From Naegleria gruberi (lineage: Eukaryota): a stretch of 64,000 bases of DNA. The stretch is taken from assembly GCA_000004985.1 (NCBI GenBank), contig GG738917.1, one strand, 5' to 3'. A program made the translations under genes and the position numbers. The notes under the pieces were generated by a model, which was not told the DNA's origin, did not search any database, and saw only the letters and a program-made list of their open reading frames with translations. This document shows, piece by piece, positions 43,901 to 54,170 of this stretch. Position 1 is the stretch's first letter. The number at the start of each line of letters is the position of its first letter.

Positions 43901-45741
43901 TTGATTCTTCTCTTCTTGTGTTTTATCAACTTTCACATCTTCATACAAATGTTTTTCAGTAGATTTCAATTCATTTTCTGCTTTCACGACAACATCATCT
44001 TCTTCACTAATATTCAAATCTCCAACACCAACTTTAAGTAAATCAATAACTTGTTTAACATCAACAGTAGCAATACCAGCTTGAATACCTTGTTTAAAAT
44101 TACTACCTCCATTTACATAAACACAATCATCACTTGAATCGTAAATCATGATGTGTCCTTTTCTTGCAGTTGGCCAAGAGTCATTAAGTTTAATCATTCT
44201 TGGAAGTGGAACAAATGATTCATTTACAAGATCCAAAATATGACAATCTCTTCTATGTGTGTAATCTCTTACACCACCAAATATTAAAATACATCCTCGT
44301 CCAATATTTACAGCTGCAGATGAATATCTTTCATCAGGAGGTTGGTCTAAAGTTGTTGCAACAGAACCATAACTTGTTGTGCTACTGTAGGAGTAAAAAG
44401 GTGTGAATCGTGCAATTTCTGACCAAGCTGTTTTACCAGAAATTCCCAATTGTTTACCAAAACCTTTCACTTGAGAAACTGTAGCATTTGTAACACCTTT
44501 TGTAACATCAACTACTTTTGTAATAATATTCTTATCCTTATCATCATAAATACTTTTTGATGGATCTGTCAAACAATGCCATTTGCTTGTTGTAAAACTA
44601 AATGACCAAACATCATTAAAACAAGTTCCACCAATATTTTTAGTATTCAATGCTTCAGTTATTTTACCTATATACATTGCATGAATATTTGAAAATCCAA
44701 ACATGATAACCATATGATGTTGATTCTTTTCGATTGTTGGCATTTTAATTTCACTCTTATCAATTTCTGATTTCATCATTTCAATATATAATTTCTTAGC
44801 TTGGGCTTCAAAAACAAGACTCATATCCATAATAACACCAGAATGTCCATATCTAGCTTCTGGTGCCTTAGTTCTATCAAAAGCAACTTGTGTCCAAATT
44901 TTAGTTTCCAAATCCAAACACCAAAAATCTGCCAAAGGCTCAGATCCACTATATCCACCAAATACCCACATACAGTCATTACTTTGAGTTCAAGTATTAT
45001 AATTATAATCAAAATTAGAAATCAATTATTAAGAGAGAAAAGAAATTATAATAAAGATTCAATAGATAACATACTAAACCATAGCTGTATGCATAGATCT
45101 TCCCATTGGACGACTTTGTTTTTCATCAATGTCACACCGAGTCCATTTCCATTCAGTTGTATCCAAAACCCAAACATCATTCAGATAATTACTTCCATTA
45201 TATCCACCAAATAAAATTACTTGTTCTTCCATAACATATTCCTCTGCTTTTGTTATTGGATTAATTTTCAATACTTCAGTTTCCCACACAGCAGTTGTTT
45301 GTCCTTCTCTTGATGAAGGAAATTGTGGTCCACTTGTTGTCAAGTTATTATTGTTTTTTCCTAATCCAAAAAGTCCAAGCATTGAACTCTTCTTTCCCTC
45401 GTATGAGTTTCCTTTAGAAACTATTGAATAGGTCCATTCTATCATTAAAATATTTTCAAATAATATAGTATTTAATTTGTTTCATCATAATTCAATTTCC
45501 GATATTGTCAATTTTCAAATCTACTTGCTTGACTGAACATACCAATATTATCGTGTTGAGGATTTTCATGTTTTTTAAATTGAACAACATCATTATATTT
45601 AGAGTACTTGGATGATCCTCCAAATATATAAAAACTTGATGGTGTTCTTTTTAAACTAAAACATGAATGATTTACTCTTTCTTCAAAAAAGACATGATCA
45701 TCATATTCAGGCTTTACTTCTCCTGATAATTTCCACTCCAT
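35000..45741 (-). CDS. Giant (~3500 aa) Kelch-repeat / TPR-repeat protein with C-terminal GRAM-like domain; complement(join(35000..44981,45075..45438,45543..45741))
   Basis: Three ORF-track pieces join in frame through a 104-nt intron (GTATGTTC..AATGATAG, 45439-45542) and a 93-nt intron (GTATGTTA..ACTCAAAG, 44982-45074). The N-terminus has Kelch blades (FYIFGGSS..YNDVVQF; LFGGYNGSNYLNDVWVLD; WVFGGYSGSEPLADFWCLD; ILIFGGVRD). The middle has >1500 aa of TPR-like helical repeats and coiled coil. The C-terminus (..FNLKPETRLFNKYSCTDYDTKLIGEFYIFTDCLCF..LVKISK..) fits a GRAM/PH-like fold. Confidence 0.8.
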
Positions 45742-46219
45742 TTTCTATTAAAACTCTCCGAAATATATAATATTCAACTCCAATATTATTGTTCTAATGC
45801 CAAACACACAAAGAAGCGAACTGACAAGTGTGGAGAGTGAAAGTGGTAATAAATTAAAAAGTTGTTTTGATGATTTTTTTAATCTTGTTGTTTGATGACA
45901 ATTATCTAAATGGAAAGGATTTGGAGCAAACAACGATTACTTTTCAATGCAAGTATCGTCATAAATTGTGAGAAGATCTTCCGCTTCTAATGAAGATGAC
46001 GAACAATTTAATAACAACGAAGTTGAGGCAATTTACAATTTTAGAAAGTCCAACACTATTGCAACATAGAAGAGAATTATTCTAATGAAGGCTACTGTAA
46101 ATACAAACAAATAATAGAAAATATTATTAAATGATAAATTAGTTATCAGTCATGATTGAAGTTTCTACTATATTACTCATCAAGAGGAATTACAATTCCG
46201 ATAAAAACAAAGCAAAAAA

Positions 46220-49200
46220 ATGGAACAAGATACATTGCTGGAGGAGGAAATAGATTTTGATCAACAACAAGAAGAACAGCAGCATTATCATGGAGAGGAT
46301 ATCCACTCGGATGAAAATATTTTGAATGAATCTACAAGTAATGATAATCAAGAGGAAATAGTCAATAGTGATGAACAAGGACAAGACGAGGCTTTGTGTA
46401 GAATTTGCAAACAGCCTGCAGCTGATGATGACCCTCTTTTCCATCCGTGCAAGGTATGTTTTAAATATATTATATATTAGTATTGATATTGTAGTGTTCC
46501 GGAAGTATTAAATACATTCACGAATCATGTTTAAATGAATGGATGAAACACTCTAACAAGGGAAAATATTGTGAAATATGTAAACATCAATTCAAGTTTG
46601 AAAAAGTGTATACTACAGATGCACCTATTAAATTGTCACCCTTGCAATTTATTTTAGGCTTACTTTCGGTTGTATTTAGTTATTTAAAATCAATTAGTAG
46701 AATTCTTCTTGTAGTATTCATTTGGATAGTTTTAGTACCTTTTATTACCTATCAGTTTTATAGGATTGTGAATATAACCTCATGGAGACAAATACTGTCA
46801 ATAGTTGAGTTTGAAACTCTATTCGAAGATTTTTCTCTCTTATTATTCATCAGGGATTGTATGTTAGGAGGAACAATTTGTTTATTTGTACTACTTTTAG
46901 ATTTGATTACTGCTGGAGTTTTAGAATTCATCAAGTCTAATTTGGAGTTGTTAGAAAATTATGTTAATCCTCAACAACAAAATCAAGTGGCAAATAATCA
47001 ACCACAACCTGTTAATGCTCAAGTAGCTAATAATGCTAATAATAATAACAATGAAGTTTTAACATTGAGGGATTTGCTGAACCAAGAGCAAGAAATGCAA
47101 GAAGAGGATGAAAATAATGGGAATGAAAACAATGAAGATCAGGAAGAAGAGGAAGAAGAGGAAGAAGAAGAGAATATTGAGAATGAAAATAATGATAATC
47201 AGCCAAACATTATTCAACCTCCTCAACCAATTGTTAATAATCAACCACCAAATAATCCTCCACAACAACAACAACAACCTAGAGAGGAATTGGATTTGGA
47301 AGAAATGATTGGTATCAAGGGAAAGATTTCTCATTTGATTGAAACTGTTGCTTTGGTACTTTTCGTCAATTCTCAACACATATTGTTGTTACTCTTCCTT
47401 CCTCTACAAATTGGAAGGTTTTTATGCACAACCATTGTTCAAGAATTGGATATTTCGTCAGTAATTTATCAAGTCTTGGCTGAACATAATTTATTGAAGA
47501 ACACAACTCAAATTATTTCCAATGTTACCCAAACCATGAATGAGGTATTTAATCAAACTATTACCACTAATGGAACCATGGCCAATGAACCTAAGGAATC
47601 TGTGGAATTGACTAGTATTATGGTGTTTGCCGAAAAGATAGCACATATTTTGACTGGTTATGCATTTTTGATAGGAATGATTTATACCTATGTAGTCATC
47701 AATTATTTGCTACATTATGGTATTTCTAAGAAGTACTTCCCAATAAGTGGATTGGCTAAGAAATTGGTTTATTATACCAAGTATGTGTTGCTCCTTGTCA
47801 AGATTGCTGCAATTCTTGCCACCAACTTTATTTTAGTTCCTTTCTTAGTAGGAATGTTACTTGTCTTTTCAACCATTGAATTCTTTAAAAGAAATGAGAA
47901 ATCAGTTCTTCCTCAAGACTTTACAACAACATCCAATTCTACAAGTTTCTCTATTGCAGACCAAGCTTCAATGATTTATAATAGTACTGCTCCAATAGTC
48001 CAGGAATTTACTGAGAAAAATGCTACTGAATTAGTAAGAGGTTTAATTATTGGTACTCATGCTTATTTCCAATCAGTGTCTGTGGAGTGGGTTCTTTCAA
48101 GAATGGTTTACATCATGAGTGTATCATTTATTTATTTCGTATTTGGTATCGTTGTAGTAGTAATTGCTAGTAGCTTTATTCAAATGCTTAGATCCTTCCT
48201 CTCAAAGAGAGTACTTTGGTTTTTGAGAGATCCAGACGACCAAAATTTCCACTACTTGAAGGAGCTAGTGACTCTTGGAGTTTTCACACATATGCGTAGA
48301 ATATTCTTCTCCTTTGTGTTTTTATCAATTCTTGTACTTGCATTAGTTCGTACTCCTTTGAAGCTTGCTAGATTTATTCTTCAAGATTATGATATTTTCC
48401 CTCTTAGATTGAGCTCTAACTTGAGTGAGTCTACCACAATAATTGAGCTTACAGTGGATGCTTCACTTCCAATAATTACTTTCAATTATATGCAACAAAG
48501 ATGGCTCAGNNNNNNNNNNNNNNNNNNNNNNNNNNNNNNNNNNNNNNNNNNNNNNNNNNGCTGAATTGAAAAATCATCATTTCTATACTTACATTGTTGG
48601 ATTTTACTTGATCAGTGGTGCTATTTATTTGGTCAATTATGTTTATACTCACAGATCACTTACTGAAGCTATCAAGTGGACTTTGGTTGTATTGAAATCA
48701 TTTATTATGGGAGTATTTTCTATTGTGTTGATCCCATTACTCATAGGTGGTGCTGTACATATGTCTGTAGTGGTACCAACCACTTTATTTATTAGCAAGC
48801 TTGAATCTGAGGATCTAGATGATAGTTTGAGTGGCTCTCAACCTGTTCTTATGTTGGCAGAGGTATGGTCAACTGGGTTGTTATTCACAATTGTAGCTTA
48901 CAAAGTGGTTAAGTTCTTGCCAGGTACGGAAGAAATATACACAGAAATTTCCCGCATCAAGACAAATGGATTCAGAAATGTTGAATTTATTAGACCTTTG
49001 AATCGAGTGCTTTTACCATTTGTGTATAATTTGGTTCTTTTCTTGACTTTACCATTTATTGTTTCCAAGTTAGTTGTTCCATTCTTTGTTACTCCATATG
49101 TTCAATATCAATTGTTTGTGTTGAGCTATCCTGCTCTTGTTTTTTGGATTGTTTCAAAACATATTTATTTTGTGTTAGCCAAATTATACCACAAACTTCA

Positions 49201-49270
49201 TGATTTAGTTATGGATCAACTATTCCTTTCACAAGAAAGATTAATCAATCACAGAGATCAACAACAATAA
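46220..49270 (+). CDS. Doa10/TEB4 (MARCH6)-type ER membrane RING-CH E3 ubiquitin ligase; join(46220..46453,46495..49270), interrupted by assembly gap 48510-48559
   Basis: A 41-nt intron (GTATGT..ATTGTAG, 46454-46494) reconstitutes the RING-CH finger CRICKQPAADDDPLFHPCK|CSGSIKYIHESCLNEWMKHSNKGKYCEICKHQF. It is followed by an acidic low-complexity insert and more than 10 hydrophobic segments. The frame across the N gap is undefined. Confidence 0.8.
48510..48559. other. Assembly gap (50 N) inside the Doa10-like gene
   Basis: Run of N. Confidence 0.99.
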
Positions 49271-49274
49271 ATTG

Positions 49275-50708
49275 TTATTGTCCATTCTTACTGAGATCTT
49301 TTTTTAAATTAATTTCTTTCCATTCTTGAACAATTCTTTTAGCCTCCATATTTTGAGATTTTAATCTTTCAAAACAATCTAACATATCATTCATACAATG
49401 AATTGAAATCTTATCAAACACACCACTTGAAATTGATTGATTTTGGATTGAGTTTAATATTTCATCATGAGTTTCAACCAATTTAGGATAATTTAACTCT
49501 AATGGTGAGCCGTGTTTTAAATAGGTATTTAAAATTTGTAAAGCAATTTTAACTCTATTCTTTTTAGCTGATTTTTTAAATGTTTCAATATGTTTATAAC
49601 ATAAAATACTTTCAGGTGCGTAGCTTCTTCTAGCGAAATCTAAAAGCATGTTAAATGTTTTTTTCTGAATTAGGAAATATTTAATTTCAGAATTTTCAAT
49701 AATTAAACTCATTTTTCTATCATATCTAATTGCATAAATAATTGGAAGTAAAACTGTTACAATTACTTCTGTAAATGAATAAATAATAAATAAATATCCA
49801 TATGGAATAAAAAAATCCAGTAAATATTTAAAAACTGGAATGAAGGCAAAAATTATAAATAATACTATTGTTAATATTTGAATAATTACTATAAATATTG
49901 CCTCCCTTTTAATAAAATATGTATCCTTATCTGTGAAAAAGTATAAAACTAGTCCAATCAATTCAAATATCATGTAAAATATTGTTGTAACTGCAACAAT
50001 GATTAAAACATTTGTTGTACTACTACAACCTCTATTGAATACAAAAATTCCACCTCCTTCTGTAGCAAATATCTTATCTTCCAAAGGAGATTTCTTCAAA
50101 CTCACTCCATATTCAATTCCACCCAATAGAATAAATATTAATATATGAACAATTGAAACCAATACATAAACTGGTATAATAAATTTGTAACTCACTAGAA
50201 AGTTCATAATTTTGTGAGATTTTTCATTGGAAAATCTATTGAAAATATTAAATTTTCCACCAACTTGTAAATTATTGTTTTGTTGAAAATCAAAAATTTC
50301 ATTTGGATGAATCCAAGAAATAGAATCTTGATCTTGTGCAGTATTTGTTGTTGATGTATCTTCCATATCCATTATATCATATATATTTTCCTGATGATCA
50401 TTTGGTATTTCATTAAATTTATCATTTCCAATATTATTAAAAGTGGTATCATTATCAATAGTATTAGGAGTATTATTGTTAGTGTTGTTGTTATTGGTAT
50501 TGGATGAATCTATTGTTGATAATTCTGATTCAGTACTTTGAATTTTTTGTAATGATTTTTCATTTTTTAAATTTTGAAATGTTGACTTTTCCATAATAAA
50601 TGATTTTTCCTTCTTATTTTCATTACTGTTAATAGTAAATATATTAGTTTTATGTAAATTCATCCAATGCATGTAATATAATCTGAATAATCTAAATATG
50701 GAAGGCAT
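49275..50708 (-). CDS. Multi-pass membrane protein with C-terminal RGS domain (second 7TM-RGS-type gene; this ORF carries 5 predicted TM helices plus RGS)
   Basis: Hydrophobic segments: FIIPVYVLVSIVHILIFILLGG, VLIIVAVTTIFYMIFELIGLVLYFF, IFIVIIQILTIVLFIIFAFIPVF, YLFIIYSFTEVIVTVLLPIIYAI. RGS domain: FNMLLDFARRSYAPESILCYKHIETFKK..ALQILNTYLKHGSPLELNYP. An N-rich insert sits in the first loop. Confidence 0.7.
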   Translation of the reverse strand: MPSIFRLFRLYYMHWMNLHKTNIFTINSNENKKEKSFIMEKSTFQNLKNEKSLQKIQSTESELSTIDSSNTNNNNTNNNTPNTIDNDTTFNNIGNDKFNEIPNDHQENIYDIMDMEDTSTTNTAQDQDSISWIHPNEIFDFQQNNNLQVGGKFNIFNRFSNEKSHKIMNFLVSYKFIIPVYVLVSIVHILIFILLGGIEYGVSLKKSPLEDKIFATEGGGIFVFNRGCSSTTNVLIIVAVTTIFYMIFELIGLVLYFFTDKDTYFIKREAIFIVIIQILTIVLFIIFAFIPVFKYLLDFFIPYGYLFIIYSFTEVIVTVLLPIIYAIRYDRKMSLIIENSEIKYFLIQKKTFNMLLDFARRSYAPESILCYKHIETFKKSAKKNRVKIALQILNTYLKHGSPLELNYPKLVETHDEILNSIQNQSISSGVFDKISIHCMNDMLDCFERLKSQNMEAKRIVQEWKEINLKKDLSKNGQ

Positions 50709-50744
50709 AATAACAGCAGAAGGTAAAGCAAAATAGGAAAGTAA

Positions 50745-51170
50745 TTAAATTCCACAACTGAAATATTTTCTTCCAATAGCAAAACGAAGACATAATGTTA
50801 TAATACACCATGAACTTGCAAATAAAGTCATTATCATATAAATTGGATGTCTTGCTTTGATATGTTTACTGTTTCTCTTCCAAAAAAGTCCAATTCCACA
50901 TAAAACTAAAACAATTAAATAAAGAGTTAGACATAAAATAGATATTGATGATGATAACCATGTTTCTGGACATATTCCATATTCAATTATTCCTTTATCT
51001 TTACTAAAATCTCCTAATTGACTTAAAATTGAATAACACAATGTTACGTTAGTAGTGGTAGTTGTATTACTGTAAGTATTATTGTATGCATTTTCATTAG
51101 TTAACGATATTGAATAGATGCGAAATGTATCAAATAGAATAGAAGATGATTCCAGAGCTTTTGTTGCCAT
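50745..51170 (-). CDS. N-terminal 2-TM segment (N-glycosylation-rich N-terminus, then 2 helices), probably the 5' part of the RGS gene downstream. Same frame, separated only by a TAA.
   Basis: The stop TAA at 50745-50747 and the next ATG at 50706-50708 are 36 nt apart in the same frame. 2+5 helices would give a 7TM topology. No frame-preserving GT..AG intron could be found that removes the TAA. Confidence 0.4.
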   Translation of the reverse strand: MATKALESSSILFDTFRIYSISLTNENAYNNTYSNTTTTTNVTLCYSILSQLGDFSKDKGIIEYGICPETWLSSSISILCLTLYLIVLVLCGIGLFWKRNSKHIKARHPIYMIMTLFASSWCIITLCLRFAIGRKYFSCGI

Positions 51171-51246
51171 AATTTGTTGTGTGATTGTTTTAAAATGTTG
51201 ATTATTAACAATAATGGAAGGTAATCATTTGTCCGGACAAAAAAAC

Positions 51247-51476
51247 TTATTTGCCACACTCGTTTTTGAAGAATGTTGGGGTGTTAATATGATGAACTTG
51301 GAATAAACTGAGGTTTCGAACAAGAAGCCGAAAGGGTGTTGAGGCAATTTTTTTAAAACTTTTCAATGGAAACCCAACAAGGCTCAACAACTCGTTGATC
51401 TTCCTGTGTGTGAAATATTGATCCATCATTTATATGAGTTCAACACAATACTTGGAAACTTTAATTGATCAAACAT
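51247..51476 (-). CDS. Small protein (60 aa; MFDQLKFPRKINELLSLVGFPLKSF..), 2 exons: complement(join(51247..51403,51451..51476))
   Basis: A 47-nt intron (GTATTGTG..CACACAG, 51404-51450) joins an 8-codon first exon to the ORF-track 51247-51429 frame. Exon 2 uses GC-ending 'optimal' codons (atc aac gag ttg agc ctt), as in highly expressed genes. No family recognised. Confidence 0.35.
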
Positions 51477-51691
51477 TTTGATGGAATTGAAATTAATCTA
51501 GAACGATATTCCCATCCATTATCCATTTCAATATTTGATAATTTGTGTGCAATTAACTTGTAGTGGGGTGATTTGTTTTCTAATAGAATAAATCCAGGAT
51601 GTTTCTGAATTGAAAAGTGAATGTAAATTAGATTTTCATCAAATAATTCATAATGAACACGTCCACCATTCTTACTAATTTCCCTATGCAT
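51461..51691 (-). CDS. Small hypothetical protein (76 aa, MHREISKNGGRVHYELFDENL..). May be the N-terminal part of the 51247-51476 gene if a -1 frameshift is present.
   Basis: ATG ORF whose 3' end overlaps the start of the next small gene in the -1 frame. The same frame is open a further ~40 codons upstream without an ATG. Confidence 0.25.
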   Translation of the reverse strand: MHREISKNGGRVHYELFDENLIYIHFSIQKHPGFILLENKSPHYKLIAHKLSNIEMDNGWEYRSRLISIPSKCLIN

Positions 51692-51825
51692 TGTTGGAGT
51701 AACTTTAACAATTACTCTATCAATTTCTTCATTTGTAATTTTAGGTCTAGTATTTTTATAATTGGAATTTAAGGGAATACTATTACTAGGTAGACTATTA
51801 TATCCAAGAATTATAAATGTATTTC

Positions 51826-52848
51826 TTAATAGATTAGAATTGGCACGTTAAAATTTCTTGAATTTAGTTTTAAATTTCTAACGTGAATTGGTAAATGATT
51901 TGTAATTGGTGTAAAATTACCAGATTCAATACTAAATTCATAAACATTACACAATTGAAGACTTTCCATATTATCAAAGGTAGAACAATTAATTGTAATA
52001 ATTGAAATATTAAATTCTTTACAAATTTCAGAAACTGGTTTAAACTTGTTTAAAAATTCAATTGAATTAACATTAAATAATTTAATATTAACATTAATTC
52101 TTCCAAAACTCAAACATTGAATTAATTTTGATAATAATTCATTATTTCCTATTAAAGGTTCACAATTTAAAGAGAATGAAATGTTTTTCAAAGTTGATTT
52201 TAAAATACATTCAATAAATCTTTGAATATGATTTTCTGTTCTTAATAAAATAGTTGAATTAAATGTTTGTAAAATTCCATTATTTAAAACTTGTTCACAT
52301 GCAGATAAAATAATATCAGCTTGAACACTATTACTAACAATTAATTTCAATACTTTTAAATGTTTAAATGTATTTAATTGTGAACATGCAAATTTAGCAA
52401 ATTCAGTATCTATGAATATACATATAGATAATTCTTGTAATGAATCTTTACTTGTTTCAATAATTTTCTTTAACAATTCAATTTGATTTCTATTAAAATT
52501 TAAATCTAATCTTTTAATTGTATCTTTATGATTAGTTAAATATTCAATAAATTCAATGGATCTCTTTTCTGGAATTATTGATTCTATAAATTTATTAGAA
52601 TCACTCATTTCAATAGTTTGAACTTTTGTATAGTATGGTTTAATTCTTTTTAATTTTTCATAATATTGTTCCGAGAATGTCCATACTAATCTATTATAAT
52701 TATAGGGTTGATGACATAATTTATTTAAATATTTACAAGTTAATGAAATAGTATCTAATACATAGGAACGTTCTAAAAATTCAAATACATTCAATAATAT
52801 ATCATCTATTAAAAGTGAGTGAAGTGTTGATGATTGTTTAAATGACAT
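51826..52848 (-). CDS. F-box-like / leucine-rich-repeat-like protein (340 aa)
   Basis: The N-terminus LLIDDILLNVFEFLERSYVLDTISLTCKYLNKLC fits the F-box pattern (LPxEIL..IF..L......VCK.W). The remainder has periodic L/I/N repeats typical of LRRs. Confidence 0.5.
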   Translation of the reverse strand: MSFKQSSTLHSLLIDDILLNVFEFLERSYVLDTISLTCKYLNKLCHQPYNYNRLVWTFSEQYYEKLKRIKPYYTKVQTIEMSDSNKFIESIIPEKRSIEFIEYLTNHKDTIKRLDLNFNRNQIELLKKIIETSKDSLQELSICIFIDTEFAKFACSQLNTFKHLKVLKLIVSNSVQADIILSACEQVLNNGILQTFNSTILLRTENHIQRFIECILKSTLKNISFSLNCEPLIGNNELLSKLIQCLSFGRINVNIKLFNVNSIEFLNKFKPVSEICKEFNISIITINCSTFDNMESLQLCNVYEFSIESGNFTPITNHLPIHVRNLKLNSRNFNVPILIY

Positions 52849-53103
52849 TTTTTATGAGCTATTTAAGTTTTGTTTCCTGAGTGCGAATTGTTTAGGAAAT
52901 AATCAATATTAATAGGACCTTTTTAGCAGTTACACTGAACTATGGTTCGAAAGTGAACTACAATTTACCATTGTTTTTCGTGTTCATTGGTATTTGGTAG
53001 GAGGGATGGAAACTCATTTGTAATAATAAAGCAAATGCAAAATGCTAAGGATGAAGGTAGCAGTTTGGCGCTAAATTTAATAAAAATTTAAAAATCATAA
53101 AAA

Positions 53104-53873
53104 ATGTTCTTCTTGCCATGGGGAGTGAGATGTTTTCTCGGATCATTCACATTGTACGTTTTCTAAAATAATGATCATCAACCTTTGAATATTCATCTAT
53201 TATTATAATAACAATAACAACATCATCATGATCATATTACTTTGGAATATTTGGAAATACATTTTATAGATTTAATTGTAACGTTTTTGCGAGTTATCAA
53301 AGTTACAAGGCTTTGTCTCAAAAGAATGCTAAAGAATCAGCTAGATGGTTAATGTATTGGTGCGTGATGGCAGCCTTCCTCTCATTGGAAAATATCTTCT
53401 ACTTTGTATTATATTCACTAGTACCTTTTTATCCGGAAATCAAAGTAGTTTCTCTTTTGATTTTAGTAGTTTCAAACTATGCACCAATCTATGTTTTACA
53501 TCAATGGGTTATTCCAAAATTAGAGAGTTTAAATATTCCTTATTACGTTAATCATGTATTCGTAAATCATGCAGTGACTTACCTTACATATGGAATTAGA
53601 TTCATTTTCAGTAAATTAGCAAAGAAGAGTGCTCAATTGAATAGAGATAATTTGGAACAATTGGATTCAATGATTGGAGCTATTGATGATATTTCATATG
53701 AATTGAAAAAGATTAGAAAAGAAACTCAAAGATTACATCAACGTGGAAGTTCTAATAGTTCAAGTGGAAAAGTTCTAACATCCACTACCAGTTCTGATGC
53801 CTTAAGAAGAGTAAGCTTGGGAATTGGTGATTTAATATCTAACTCCTCCCTGATTAGTTCAACCACACATTAA
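53104..53873 (+). CDS. Yop1/REEP/HVA22 (TB2/DP1) family membrane-shaping protein; join(53104..53153,53270..53873)
   Basis: Core family block ARWLMYWCVMAAFLSLENIFYFVLYSLVPFYPEIKVVSLLILV..YVLHQWVIP (compare REEP5 TQWLTYWVVYGVFSIAEFF..LSWFPFYYMLKCGFLLW). The ORF-track start is a TTG. A 116-nt intron (GTACGT..TTTTATAG, 53154-53269) links an ATG exon (MFFLPWGVRCFLGSFTL) in frame. Confidence 0.65.
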
Positions 53874-54170
53874 GAGTGAGTGGTTACAGAAACAATCATT
53901 CACATAAAGATATCTTCCCCTTTTTGAATAATAAAAATATTTCAATTTTTTTAAAAAAATATTTTAAACCATAAATGCTACCTTGAAACTGTTATCCAAA
54001 GTTAGCACAGAGAAAATAGTTATTGATAAGTTAATGATGATTTTGTTCTAACTAAATTGTATGAAGAGCGAGTGATTATTTATACAAATTCATGGTCTTC
54101 TATCCCCGGCTGATTAGCAATATTTTTATTCACAACAATCAAATGAGTTTTGTTCTTTTCCTTAAACATT

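Noticed and set aside
47059-47379. 106-aa minus ORF inside the Doa10-like gene
   Set aside because: Antisense of the acidic EEEE/NNN low-complexity insert. No independent support.
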